Of a DNA stretch of 60,480 nt, positions 34,984 through 44,318 are shown one piece after another. Each line of letters starts with the position of its first letter. The first letter of the stretch is position 1. The stretch covers positions 1 to 60,480 of the forward strand of contig JAZTXW010000048.1 in assembly GCA_045636625.1 (NCBI GenBank), given 5' to 3'. The notes below the pieces were generated by a model. That model did no database searches, was not told the origin of the DNA, and worked only from the letters and a program-made list of their open reading frames with translations. Origin of the DNA: Oscillospiraceae bacterium (lineage in GTDB: Bacteria > Bacillota > Clostridia > Oscillospirales > Ruminococcaceae). The position numbers were made by a program, and so were the translations under genes.

Positions 34984-35862
34984 TCAGTTTCCTTTGCCGT
35001 TTATTTTTTCAAAAAGTTCCCGCATATCCTTCGGAAGAGGGCTTTCAAAGCTGAGCACCATTCCGGTTATAGGATGCTCAAAAACCATTCTGCCTCTGTG
35101 GAGTGCCTGGCGGGTTATATGCTCAAGGCTTCCGCCATAGAGTTCATCCCCACAGAGAGGGTGACCTATATAGGCAAAATGCACCCTTATCTGGTGAGTT
35201 CTTCCGGTTTTCGGTCTTACTTTAACAACCGTGAGCACGCCGTTTGTCGCAATTGTTTCATATTCGGTCACAGATGGCTGTCCGCTTTCCGCAATAAAGC
35301 TTTTATGGACCGCAGGGTCGCTGTCATCAATAGGCGCATCTATGATACCCGCAGGATTTTCAAGTTTTCCCTCAACTATTGCTATATATTCCTTTTCTCC
35401 GCCGTTTTTGGTGAGCACCGCCGCGGAATGTGAATGTTTTCCGATAACAATTATTCCGGAAGTATCCATATCAAGGCGGCCCACAACATGGAATTTTGCG
35501 TTTCCGTACCTTGCGGCGCAATAGTTTGCCACGGTATCTGTCTGGTGATTTTTTGAAGGATGGACCGGCATATTGACCGGTTTATCAAAAACGACTATAT
35601 CTTCGTCCTCATAAAGCATATCAAGTTCAAGATCCGGATTAGGAATGAAATAGCTTTCGCCTTCCGGAATATACGCCTTAAGCACCGATCCTGCTTTTAT
35701 TCTGTCGATGGTTCTGATCGGAACTCCGTCAAGCAGAAGAGAATTTTCCGTATGGCGCATTTTTACTATCAGAGCATAGGAAAAATGCTCGCAGTAACGC
35801 AGATAGTGATACGCCTGTTTTCCGTCGTGTTCTTCGCTTATATTAAACACAAGTTCGCGCAT
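34984..35862 (-). CDS. RluA-family pseudouridine synthase
   Basis: 292 aa. Catalytic motif VVGRLDMDTSG and HQIRVHFAYIGHPLCGDELYG. Confidence 0.9.
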   Translation of the reverse strand: MRELVFNISEEHDGKQAYHYLRYCEHFSYALIVKMRHTENSLLLDGVPIRTIDRIKAGSVLKAYIPEGESYFIPNPDLELDMLYEDEDIVVFDKPVNMPVHPSKNHQTDTVANYCAARYGNAKFHVVGRLDMDTSGIIVIGKHSHSAAVLTKNGGEKEYIAIVEGKLENPAGIIDAPIDDSDPAVHKSFIAESGQPSVTEYETIATNGVLTVVKVRPKTGRTHQIRVHFAYIGHPLCGDELYGGSLEHITRQALHRGRMVFEHPITGMVLSFESPLPKDMRELFEKINGKGN

Positions 35863-35890
35863 TTTTCTGTTCGCTCCTTTCAGGCAAAAT

Positions 35891-35922
35891 AAGGCGCCCT
35901 TTCGGGCGCCGTTTTGTTTTTA
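35891..35922 (-). terminator. Putative terminator after mscL
   Basis: GC-rich hairpin GGCGCCC-TTTC-GGGCGCC. T-rich flanks on both sides. Confidence 0.55.
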
Positions 35923-35923
35923 T

Positions 35924-36397
35924 TTATTTTTTAAGAAGATCGCGGATTTCCATAAGAAGTTTAACTTCATCGGAAAGTTCCGGTTCTTTTTCTTCTTCGG
36001 CTTCGGCGGCCGCTTTTGCAGCTTCTTCCTCGGCTTTTTTCTTTGCTTCCGCTTTTTCTTTTGCGGCATTAAAAGTTTTTACAATAAGGAAAACAACAAA
36101 AGCGATAAGAACAAAGTCGATTATTGTGGAAATAAAAGTTCCTACTGCCATTACAACAGCGGGGGTGATTTCCTCGCCCGCTTCATTGAGAACGGCAGGA
36201 GAAAGAACGATGTTAAGTTCGGCAAGATCAACATCTCCGATAATCCAGCCGATAAAAGGCATAAAAACATCGTTTACAAGAGATGTTGTGATTTTTCCAA
36301 AAGCGGTTGCAATGATAACACCAACTGCCATATCAAGGACGTTGCCTTTTGCAATAAAAGTTTTGAATTCTTCAATAAATTTTTTCAATGTTTTCAT
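35924..36397 (-). CDS. mscL: Large-conductance mechanosensitive channel MscL with K/E/A-rich C-terminal extension
   Basis: Starts MKTLKKFIEEFKTFIAKGNVLDMAVGVIIATAFGKI, the canonical MscL N-terminus. The track ORF starts 22 codons upstream. Confidence 0.9.
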   Translation of the reverse strand: MKTLKKFIEEFKTFIAKGNVLDMAVGVIIATAFGKITTSLVNDVFMPFIGWIIGDVDLAELNIVLSPAVLNEAGEEITPAVVMAVGTFISTIIDFVLIAFVVFLIVKTFNAAKEKAEAKKKAEEEAAKAAAEAEEEKEPELSDEVKLLMEIRDLLKK

Positions 36398-36464
36398 GTC
36401 CTTTCTTTTAAAAATGATCCGGCATTCACCGCAAAAAGCGGCGAACGAGTTAAAACATATCAAA

Positions 36465-37910
36465 TCAGTGTCTTCTCCAGGTGGAGGGCATAAAGAGTAT
36501 CAGCATCGGGAAAATTTCAAGCCTTCCTGTAAGCATAAGCAGAGAAAGGAAGATTTTTGTAACATCATCAAAAAATCCGAAATAACCCGCATGTCCGATT
36601 TTCCCAAGCCCGGGACCAACGTTATTCAGGCTTGAAAGCGCCGCTGTGAACGCTGTTTCGTAATCATATCCCGCAATCATTACAACGATACTTGAAACCG
36701 CAAGAATAACAAAAAACGCGCTCATATAAACCATTATAAAGCTTCTTGTTTCTTTGTCAATAATTTTGCCTTCGAATTTAATCGTTGTAACTTCGTGCGG
36801 ATGCGCAAGACGATGGGATTCCTTGCGGAGCATTTTGAACGTCATAATAATACGGCTTAATTTAAGTCCGCCTGCGGTTGAACCGGCACACGCACCTGTA
36901 AAAAACAGCAGCAGAATTATCGAATGGCAAAGCATCGGCCAGTTCATAAATTCAACTCCGCCGAAACCTGTTGTGGAAATTATTGCAGTTGTTCCAAAGA
37001 ATGCTTTTCTTATGGAAGTTCCGAAATCGCCGTAATATTCAACACAGTTTATTCCTATTATTACAGTACATATTGCAACTATTGCGAGGAAAACGCGAAG
37101 TTCTTCACTTCTGAACACAATTTTAAAACGGCGAAGAAGCATCAGATAATAGAGGTTGAAGTTTACAGCAAATACAAGCATGAAAATTGCCACGATCCAT
37201 TCAATATAGGCACTTTCATAAGCGGCAATTCCCGCATCGCGCACGCTGAAACCGCCGGTTCCCGCTGTGGACATTGCGGTCGTTACCGCGTCAAAAACAC
37301 CCATTCCTCCAAAAATCAGCAGAATCGCTTCCACAACGGTAAGTCCGGAATAAATTCCATAGAGGATAAGAGCGTTTGAACTGGATTTCGGCGCGATTTT
37401 ACCGACGGTCGGTCCGGGGACCTCCGCTCTCATGATATAAAGCGAATGTCCTTCAGAAAACTGTGTAAGCATCAACAGGAACATGATTATTCCCATACCG
37501 CCGATCCAATGGGTGAAGGCTCTCCAGAAAAGGATCCCTTTCGGAAGTATTTCCACCTCGGCAAGAATTGTCGCGCCCGTTGTTGTAAATCCTGAAACCG
37601 TTTCAAAAATCGCATCGGCAACGGAAGGAATAGCTCCGCTCAGATAGAAAGGCAATGCTCCGAAAAGCGAAACAAGGATCCATCCCGCCGCAACGGAAAT
37701 ATAGCTTTCTCTTGCAAAAATAAGATCGTTTTTAGGTTTTTTGCGTCCAAAAATAATTCCTGTACAAAAAGCCGCAAAAATGCTGATGCCAAACGGCATC
37801 AGAACGGAATATTCTCCGTAAAAAAGAGAAACAAGCATCGGAAGAACCATAAAAACAGATTCCGCCATCAGGATCATTCCGATGATGTATCGAATCATTT
37901 TATAGTTCAT
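36465..37910 (-). CDS. trkH: TrkH/KtrB-family potassium uptake membrane subunit
   Basis: 481 aa, polytopic, with repeated selectivity-filter-like TTGF/TAGTGGF/TTGFGG/NVGPG motifs. Confidence 0.9.
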   Translation of the reverse strand: MNYKMIRYIIGMILMAESVFMVLPMLVSLFYGEYSVLMPFGISIFAAFCTGIIFGRKKPKNDLIFARESYISVAAGWILVSLFGALPFYLSGAIPSVADAIFETVSGFTTTGATILAEVEILPKGILFWRAFTHWIGGMGIIMFLLMLTQFSEGHSLYIMRAEVPGPTVGKIAPKSSSNALILYGIYSGLTVVEAILLIFGGMGVFDAVTTAMSTAGTGGFSVRDAGIAAYESAYIEWIVAIFMLVFAVNFNLYYLMLLRRFKIVFRSEELRVFLAIVAICTVIIGINCVEYYGDFGTSIRKAFFGTTAIISTTGFGGVEFMNWPMLCHSIILLLFFTGACAGSTAGGLKLSRIIMTFKMLRKESHRLAHPHEVTTIKFEGKIIDKETRSFIMVYMSAFFVILAVSSIVVMIAGYDYETAFTAALSSLNNVGPGLGKIGHAGYFGFFDDVTKIFLSLLMLTGRLEIFPMLILFMPSTWRRH

Positions 37911-37912
37911 AA

Positions 37913-39274
37913 TTACCTCATAATATCGTCAAGTTCTTCAATGCTTGCCATTTCGGAAGTTATTACAACGACCGAATCGCCTTTTTGAATTTCATCGAAA
38001 CCGCCGGGGATAATGGCATGACCTTTTCTTACTATTGCGGCAACAAGGATATTTTCCTTTATCGGAAGATCTTTAAGCGGGATTCCGATATATTTTTCGT
38101 CGTCTCTTACAATAAATTCAAGAGCTTCGATACGGTTATCTACGATTCTTCGGAGAGATTCGACTTTGTTCTTGCTGTAAGAGTTCTGGATCGCTCGTAC
38201 ATAGGAGCTTATGCGCTCCGCAGTGATAAGTTTCGGAGAAACTACGCTTTCGATTCCGCTGAGTTCAATAACTTCAGGGAATGAAAGGTGATGTACTTTG
38301 GTTATAACTTTTTCAACATTCTTTGTTTTTGCGTACATTCCGTAGATGATGTTCATCTCATCAAGACCGGTCAGCGCAACAAAGCCGTCAAAATCCATAA
38401 TGCCTTCTTCGAGAAGAAGGTCGTTTTCGGTTGCGTTCGCGCAAACAATCGAAGCTTTCGGAAGGAGCTCGGAAAGTTCGTCGCAGCGTTTAGGATTTTC
38501 TTCAACGATTTTTACGTCGATTCTCATATCGATAAGCTGGCTTGCAAGATAATAGGCAATCATCGAACCGCCGACTATCATAACGCTTTTTACCGGGCGT
38601 TTAAAACTTCCTATTGCCTCGAAGAAATCATGAATATTCTTCGGAGAGGCAGTTATATTGATTTTATCTCCTTCGCGAAGGACAAAATCGCCCTTCGGAA
38701 TTGTGATTTCATCTCCGCGGCGAACCGCGCAGATAAGAACTTTTATTTTATATTTTCCGTAAATATCCTTAAGCGCAAAATCTTTTAAAGGACAATCTTT
38801 TCCGATGGTATATTCAACAAGTTCAACATGACCGCGGCAGAAAAGTTCAACATCGTTTGCGGAAGGAAAACGGAAGATCCTTGAAATTTCGTTTGCGGCG
38901 GAAAGTTCCGGGTTTACGATCATCGAAAGGCCAAGCTCCTCTTTCATAAGTTCGAGCTGGTTTCTGTATTCGGGGTTCCTGACCCTTGCAATGGTTTTCG
39001 GAGCACCGATCTGTCTTGCAATAAAGCAGGAGAGAATGTTTACTTCATCCGCAGAGGTTGCGGCGATTACAAGGTCGGAATCCGCAACTTCCGCTTCCTG
39101 GAGATATTCTTTTGACGCACCGTTTCCGCAAAGGGTCATGATGTCTATCCTGTTCTGGAGGAATTCAAGACGTTCCTCGTTGGTATCCATCATAAGAACT
39201 TCGTGTCCTTCTTTAACCAATTCGGAAGCAAGGGTGCTTCCGACTTTTCCTGCGCCGATTACAACAATTTTCAT
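37913..39274 (-). CDS. trkA: Trk system potassium uptake protein TrkA (tandem RCK)
   Basis: 453 aa with two Rossmann motifs (VIGAGKVGS and VGGSMIAY). Lies 2 nt upstream of trkH. Confidence 0.9.
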   Translation of the reverse strand: MKIVVIGAGKVGSTLASELVKEGHEVLMMDTNEERLEFLQNRIDIMTLCGNGASKEYLQEAEVADSDLVIAATSADEVNILSCFIARQIGAPKTIARVRNPEYRNQLELMKEELGLSMIVNPELSAANEISRIFRFPSANDVELFCRGHVELVEYTIGKDCPLKDFALKDIYGKYKIKVLICAVRRGDEITIPKGDFVLREGDKINITASPKNIHDFFEAIGSFKRPVKSVMIVGGSMIAYYLASQLIDMRIDVKIVEENPKRCDELSELLPKASIVCANATENDLLLEEGIMDFDGFVALTGLDEMNIIYGMYAKTKNVEKVITKVHHLSFPEVIELSGIESVVSPKLITAERISSYVRAIQNSYSKNKVESLRRIVDNRIEALEFIVRDDEKYIGIPLKDLPIKENILVAAIVRKGHAIIPGGFDEIQKGDSVVVITSEMASIEELDDIMR

Positions 39275-39300
39275 CGTTCTTTTCCTTTCGGATTTTTATA

Positions 39301-39861
39301 TCATTCGTTTTCGATATACTTTTTAACAACAGCCGGAACGCCGGCAACAAGGGCGTTTTCCGGAACATCTTTTGTTACAACCGAACCGGAAGCAACCACA
39401 GCGCCTTTTCCGATTGTAACGCCCGGATTAATGAATGCTCCGCCGCCTATCCAGACATTATCGCCTATGGTTATCGGAAAAGAAAGTTCTTCCCCTTTTT
39501 CATTAAGGCGTTCGCTTGCTTTGGTCGGGTGGGTCGCTGTGCAAAGCGTTACGCAGGGACCGAACATCACGTTATTTCCGATTTTTACTTTTCCCGCATC
39601 GTAAATGGTGCAGTTGAAATTGCAGTAAAAATTTTCTCCTACTTCGATATTATATCCGAGATTACATTTAAAACCGTTTTCGACAAAAACCTTTTCTCCG
39701 GTTTTTCCGAAAAAGTTTTTAATGAATTCAACTCTTTTTTCAAATTCCGAAAAAGGGATATTGTTGTATTCGGTACATTTATCCCTTGCGGCAAACATAT
39801 CGCCGATAAACTCCATCGGATTATACATAAGGCCGAGGTCGCATTTTTCTTTTTCTGTCAT
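39301..39861 (-). CDS. maa: Sugar O-acetyltransferase (maltose/galactoside acetyltransferase family, hexapeptide repeat)
   Basis: 186 aa. Mac N-terminal domain (MYNPMEF..) and left-handed beta-helix repeats IGDNVWIGGGAFINPGVTIG. Confidence 0.85.
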   Translation of the reverse strand: MTEKEKCDLGLMYNPMEFIGDMFAARDKCTEYNNIPFSEFEKRVEFIKNFFGKTGEKVFVENGFKCNLGYNIEVGENFYCNFNCTIYDAGKVKIGNNVMFGPCVTLCTATHPTKASERLNEKGEELSFPITIGDNVWIGGGAFINPGVTIGKGAVVASGSVVTKDVPENALVAGVPAVVKKYIENE

Positions 39862-40067
39862 ACAGCACCTCTTAAATATAATAATAAGAATACAAGGGTA
39901 TCATACACCTTTTCAAAATCAAAAACAAGCATATTTTGGAAGCGCTTTTTTGTGCAGATTTACATCCGCACTTTAACATTGGTTGACAAAATCATAATTT
40001 TTTATTATATTTGTATTTGTGAAAATATGTTTTTTAAACCCTTTGATACGAAAAGGAGAAACTTTTA

Positions 40068-40904
40068 ATGACAAACGGCACAAGAATCGACCCTGAAGAG
40101 CGCGAACCACGCGCCATTAAAATAAGGCACAAAAAACGCAGCAGCAAAAAAATCGTTCTCGCTGTTCTTTCTGTAATTCTGGTAATTGCTGTCGGCGGCG
40201 GAATTTTTGCTTTTATCGAATACGGACCTAATCTCAGTTTTTCGGCTGTTGTAAAAACAGAACCTTCCGAACAGGAAGAACCTTCCGTCCCTTCCGAACC
40301 TGAGATTCCGGAAGAAAGCGAACCGGAAGTTCCCGTAATTCCCGAAGAACCGGAATCCGTTCCGGAAGTTCCGGTTGTTGAAGACCCTATTATCGAAGAA
40401 GACCTTATTCCGCGCGACGAATGGTTCATGCTACTTGTAAACCTTGAAAATCCCCTTCCCGAAGATTTTTCCGTTGAAACGGTTGTTATTGACAGCCAGA
40501 ACCATGCGGTTGACGCAAGAATTGCAGCAGATCTTTCCGCAATGATTGCCGCCGGAGAAGCCGAGGGACTTGATTTTATTTTTTATACCGCATTCAGAAC
40601 CATTAAAAAGCAAAATGAATTTTTTGCTGAAGGAAAAACAGAAGTTCCCGGCGGAGCAAGCGAACATAACTGCGGACTTGCGGTCGATATCGGATGTGCA
40701 AATGGAGATTTTGTCGGTTCTCCGGAGGAAGCATGGCTTCTTGAGCACGCCCATGAATACGGATTCATTCTCCGCTATCCCGCTGACAAAAATGAGATAA
40801 CCGGTTTTGCGCATGAGCCCTGGCATTTCCGCTATGTCGGAAAAGAACAGGCCGCTCTTATTAAAGAATCCGGACTTTGCCTTGAAGAATATCTTGCACA
40901 GTAA
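40068..40904 (+). CDS. M15B D-alanyl-D-alanine carboxypeptidase family protein (VanY-like), membrane-anchored with P/E-rich linker
   Basis: 278 aa. TM helix, linker EPSVPSEPEIPEESEPEVPV, zinc ligands SEHNCGLAVD and HEPWHFRYVG. Confidence 0.88.
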   Translation: MTNGTRIDPEEREPRAIKIRHKKRSSKKIVLAVLSVILVIAVGGGIFAFIEYGPNLSFSAVVKTEPSEQEEPSVPSEPEIPEESEPEVPVIPEEPESVPEVPVVEDPIIEEDLIPRDEWFMLLVNLENPLPEDFSVETVVIDSQNHAVDARIAADLSAMIAAGEAEGLDFIFYTAFRTIKKQNEFFAEGKTEVPGGASEHNCGLAVDIGCANGDFVGSPEEAWLLEHAHEYGFILRYPADKNEITGFAHEPWHFRYVGKEQAALIKESGLCLEEYLAQ

Positions 40905-40949
40905 AATAAAAACACTTTTTAGATTGTCAAACCTCATAACTCATAAAAC

Positions 40950-40985
40950 AAAAAGCACTCGCCAAAACGGCGGGTGCTTTTTTAT
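40950..40985. terminator. Bidirectional terminator between convergent vanY-like and vanZ-like genes
   Basis: Hairpin AAGCACTCGCC-N5-GGCGGGTGCTT with A/T runs. Confidence 0.7.
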
Positions 40986-41653
40986 TCAAGAAGAAAGATC
41001 TGTTTTAAAAATCCGAAAGCTTCTTTATTTTTTGTAAAAAGATAAATCAGAAATGCTCCACCGACATTAAGAATCAAATCGTCAATATCGCAGCTTCCGG
41101 AAAGGGTTATGAACTGAAGAATTTCCACCGCCGAAACAATTAAAACGCAGGTAAGCAGAAAAATCCAGGTCCTGCGCTGTTTTTCAAAATTGAGCGGAAG
41201 AAGGATTCCAAGCGGCATAAGACAGACAAGATTTCCCACAATATTCACCGCAAACTGGTTAACCGTACCGCGGTAAAAATACTGTAAAATCGTTCTGAAC
41301 GGAACAATGTTAAGACTGCTGTTGACATAAGTTTCCAGAAGTTCCCTGTTCCAGATTACAAATCCCCCGTTCCTTCCCCAAAGGGGATCAAAAAGGGTAA
41401 GCGTTGCAAAAAGCAAAAGATAAAGCCCAAGGAAAATCCGGAGGTTTATTTTCATCGAACGGTTGTTTCCGCTTTTCTTTGTAAAAATAAACCCGCCAAG
41501 CCACAGAAACCCACAGCTTGCGCAAAGGAGAACAAGTCTTCCGACCGTTGAAAGCGAGAACGTCGGGATTATTTCCGCCACAAAATATAAAAGAAGAAAA
41601 GCGGCGGCAAAAATATATGAAAGAACCGCAAAGGATTCAGAAAGTTTCCGCAA
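40982..41653 (-). CDS. VanZ-family membrane protein
   Basis: VanZ-like C-terminal motif SAVEILQFITLSGSCDIDDLILNVGGAFLIY. I prefer the TTG start at 41653 (RBS GAGGGA). The track start at 41743 would overlap the upstream gene by 107 nt. Confidence 0.7.
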   Translation of the reverse strand: MRKLSESFAVLSYIFAAAFLLLYFVAEIIPTFSLSTVGRLVLLCASCGFLWLGGFIFTKKSGNNRSMKINLRIFLGLYLLLFATLTLFDPLWGRNGGFVIWNRELLETYVNSSLNIVPFRTILQYFYRGTVNQFAVNIVGNLVCLMPLGILLPLNFEKQRRTWIFLLTCVLIVSAVEILQFITLSGSCDIDDLILNVGGAFLIYLFTKNKEAFGFLKQIFLLE

Positions 41654-42215
41654 TTTCAAGTCCCTCTTCGATGGCGGAAGCAATTTCCTCTTCAATTTTT
41701 TCCTGCGGGATATAGTCAAAATTATTTCTTGCAACGACCTCAAAACCTTTTATTCCCCAAAGCCAGAAAAGCGCTTTGAGATAAGGAGTCGCCTGTTCAA
41801 GGGGTTCACCTGTTTTGATTTCCATTCCGCGGGTGGTGATGAAAAGCGCGTTTTCCGCCTTGCAAAGGCCGAAGCAGGTTTTGTCGTCGCTGTCAAAAGT
41901 CACTCCAAAAAGGGAGCAAAGTTCAAAAAAGGTTTTAAGCGCCGCGGGAATCGACATATCCCAGAAAGGCGCGGCGATTACGATTCTGTCGGCTTCCTTG
42001 ATTTTGTTTGCCCAGCAAATGGCTTCTTCGGAAACGACCCCGTTTGCTCTGCGGCGGTTTTCGTCAATCTGTACCGGGTTCAGCTTAAGGTCGTTTATGA
42101 CGATTGTTTCCACATCATAGCGCTCGCCGAGTTTTTCGATAATCGGGGTCGCAATGCGTTTTGTTCTTGAAAGTTCATTGCGAATACAGGAATCGATATA
42201 GAGAAGTTTTTTCAT
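41637..42215 (-). CDS. Flavodoxin-like-fold NAD(P)H-dependent oxidoreductase (FMN azoreductase family)
   Basis: MKKLLYIDSCIR start after AAAGGAGA. APFWDMSIPAALK is typical of AzoR/ACP phosphodiesterase-like proteins. Confidence 0.75.
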   Translation of the reverse strand: MKKLLYIDSCIRNELSRTKRIATPIIEKLGERYDVETIVINDLKLNPVQIDENRRRANGVVSEEAICWANKIKEADRIVIAAPFWDMSIPAALKTFFELCSLFGVTFDSDDKTCFGLCKAENALFITTRGMEIKTGEPLEQATPYLKALFWLWGIKGFEVVARNNFDYIPQEKIEEEIASAIEEGLEIAETF

Positions 42216-42233
42216 TGGAATTCTCCTTTTCAT

Positions 42234-42938
42234 TTATTTATCAAAAGGATAAAACGGACAGCGTCCCTTTATACACTGATTATTTTTCTCATAATGCTTA
42301 CAGATTATTACGCTTTCTTCCATTGCTATTCCAAAATTTTCGCGGACAAATTCCACCGCGGATTTTATTGCAAGATAGGAATCCCTTTTACAGCAGCGGG
42401 GTCCGCCGATTTTTCCGATTGCATCAAGGGATTTTGAAGTCATTTTGTTGGGAAAGCCCCATTCTTCGTTTGCGAGAGGGTTTGATTTTGTGATTATCGA
42501 AACGAACATTCCGCTGCTTATTCCTGCGCCGCAGGCACCCCAGAATCCGCAGGCTCCGCCCGGAACTTTTCTTCCGCGGCTTTGCATTTCAAGAAGCGCT
42601 TCTTTTAAATCAATGTCGCCGCCGGCATTTTTATACGCGGTAAGCAAAGCGGAACCCACCATAACGTGATGTTCCGGACCGTGCATATGGCAGAAAGGAA
42701 GATCCATCATTTTTCTGACGATTTCCGCCGGATTTTTCGATTTTTCCGCAAGGCAAATGGCAAAAATGCTGTCCATTCCTTTTGTGTGGCAATCGTCACA
42801 AACGTAATGACCCTTTTTGCAGCAGGTTTTTGTCAGCTCTTTTTTATGGCAAAGGGCGCCTTCCATAAGTTCGTCTTTTTCAAGATATGTAAGCGGCGCT
42901 TTGCAGATAAGGCATTCTTCGTTCACTGTGTCACCCAC
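42234..42938 (-). CDS. Cys-rich hypothetical protein (DUF5714-like?), probable metal/Fe-S binding
   Basis: 234 aa. CxxC pairs (CLIC, CDDC), a GGACGFWGACGAG motif and a C-terminal CIKGRC. The family assignment is tentative. Confidence 0.4.
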   Translation of the reverse strand: MGDTVNEECLICKAPLTYLEKDELMEGALCHKKELTKTCCKKGHYVCDDCHTKGMDSIFAICLAEKSKNPAEIVRKMMDLPFCHMHGPEHHVMVGSALLTAYKNAGGDIDLKEALLEMQSRGRKVPGGACGFWGACGAGISSGMFVSIITKSNPLANEEWGFPNKMTSKSLDAIGKIGGPRCCKRDSYLAIKSAVEFVRENFGIAMEESVIICKHYEKNNQCIKGRCPFYPFDK

Positions 42939-42944
42939 CTTATG

Positions 42945-44315
42945 TCATTTTTTATTAAGCAGACCAACACCTTCAACATGTGCGGTTTTCGGGAACATAT
43001 CCACCGGCTGGACCTTTTCCGGTTCATATCCGAGGGATTGCATGATTTTGAAATCGCGCGCCATTGTTGCTGTGTTGCAGGAAACATAAACGACGCGTTT
43101 CGGTGCCATTTTTGCAACGGCCTCAAGGGTATCTTCGCTGCAGCCTTTTCTCGGAGGATCGAGAATTATAACGTCAGGGGCTGTGCCGCGTTTTTCAAGT
43201 TCGGCAGCGGCTGTTCCGGCGTCCCCGCAGATGAACTCCGCATTGGTCACACCCATTCGTTTTGCGTTTATTTTTGCGTTTTCAATGGCTTCCGGAACGA
43301 TTTCAACTCCGATAAGCTTTCCGGCTTTTTCTGCCATTGAAAGACCGATTGTGCCCGCTCCGCAGTAAAGATCGAGAACAAGTTCTCCGCCGGAAAGTCC
43401 GGCAAAATCCGCTGCGGTTTTGTAAAGGATCTCCGCCCCGGAATGGTTCACCTGATAAAAAGCTGCGGGAGAAATATCTACCGTTACTCCGCAGAGAACG
43501 TCGGTTATTCCGTCTTTTCCGAAAATTGTTCTTGATTTTCTTCCGAGCACCACGTTCGTGCGTTCTTTATTTGTGTTGAGCACGATGCTTACAATATTTT
43601 TGAACTGCGTGCTCAGAAGTGAAACAAGAAGTTTTTCTCCCGGGAGTTTATCTCCGTTTAGCACAAGGCAGACACCGATTTCTCCGGTGACCTCGCCTTT
43701 TCTGATATAGACCGCGCGCAGAAGTCCGCTGTGGGATTTTTCATCATAGATGGAAATTTTATTCTGTTTTACAAAAAATCCGATTGCCGTAAGGATATCC
43801 GAAAATTCCTTAGGCTGAAGGCGGCAGTTTTTGCAATCCATTACGTCATGGCTTTTTTTGCGGTAAAAACCGAAAACCGGTTCGCCGTTTTTCGCCGTTC
43901 CCACCTGATAAATGGCTTTGTTGCGGTATTCTTCGGTTTTCGGAGAACCGATTGCAGGGAAAGGTTCGATATCAAATCCGCCGATTCGCTGAACGTGGTC
44001 ACGCACCCAGTTTGTTTTTTCAAAAAGCTCCGCCTCATATTTCATGTGGCGAAGGGAGCAGCCTCCGCATTCGCCGAAAACCTCGCAATCCGGGTCGGTT
44101 CTTCCTTCGGAAGGTCTGAGCACGGATTCAAGTTCTCCGTAGATACAGGTTTTTCCAACCTTTGCAACTTTAACTTTTGCAAAGTCCCCGGGCGCCGTAA
44201 GCGGAGTGAAAACGACCATTCCTTCATAACGCGAAACACCGCTGCCCTCGTTTGTGACAGCGGTTATTTCGGTTTCGATAAAACTGTTTTCTTTTATCAA
44301 AAGCTTCTTTTCCAT
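42945..44315 (-). CDS. 23S rRNA (uracil-5-)-methyltransferase RumA/RlmD-like with N-terminal TRAM domain
   Basis: 456 aa. TRAM domain, Fe-S cluster cysteines CEVFGECGGCSLRH, SAM motif DLYCGAGTIG, ILDPPRKG, and YVSCNTATM. Confidence 0.88.
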   Translation of the reverse strand: MEKKLLIKENSFIETEITAVTNEGSGVSRYEGMVVFTPLTAPGDFAKVKVAKVGKTCIYGELESVLRPSEGRTDPDCEVFGECGGCSLRHMKYEAELFEKTNWVRDHVQRIGGFDIEPFPAIGSPKTEEYRNKAIYQVGTAKNGEPVFGFYRKKSHDVMDCKNCRLQPKEFSDILTAIGFFVKQNKISIYDEKSHSGLLRAVYIRKGEVTGEIGVCLVLNGDKLPGEKLLVSLLSTQFKNIVSIVLNTNKERTNVVLGRKSRTIFGKDGITDVLCGVTVDISPAAFYQVNHSGAEILYKTAADFAGLSGGELVLDLYCGAGTIGLSMAEKAGKLIGVEIVPEAIENAKINAKRMGVTNAEFICGDAGTAAAELEKRGTAPDVIILDPPRKGCSEDTLEAVAKMAPKRVVYVSCNTATMARDFKIMQSLGYEPEKVQPVDMFPKTAHVEGVGLLNKK

Positions 44316-44318
44316 TTT

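Noticed and set aside
39275-40067. Possible c-di-AMP (ydaO-type) riboswitch upstream of trkA-trkH, given that cdaA is in the same window
   Set aside because: Only 26 nt separate trkA from the upstream acetyltransferase gene. The 200-nt region upstream of that gene shows a promoter-like TTGACA-17-TATATT for the divergent vanY-like gene, but none of the conserved ydaO motif segments that I can recognise.
40034-40429. A 131-aa Ser/Gly/Thr-rich ORF on the minus strand
   Set aside because: It is the antisense shadow of the P/E-rich linker region of the vanY-like gene. The GAA/CCG/GAG codons read as TTC/CGG/CTC on the other strand. It has no start context.
15771-41743. vanW-, vanY- and vanZ-family genes as a possible glycopeptide-resistance cluster
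   Set aside because: The three genes are 24 kb apart or in different transcription units. There is no vanR/vanS, vanH, D-Ala-D-Lac/Ser ligase or vanX anywhere in the window. These are generic cell-wall family names, not a van operon.
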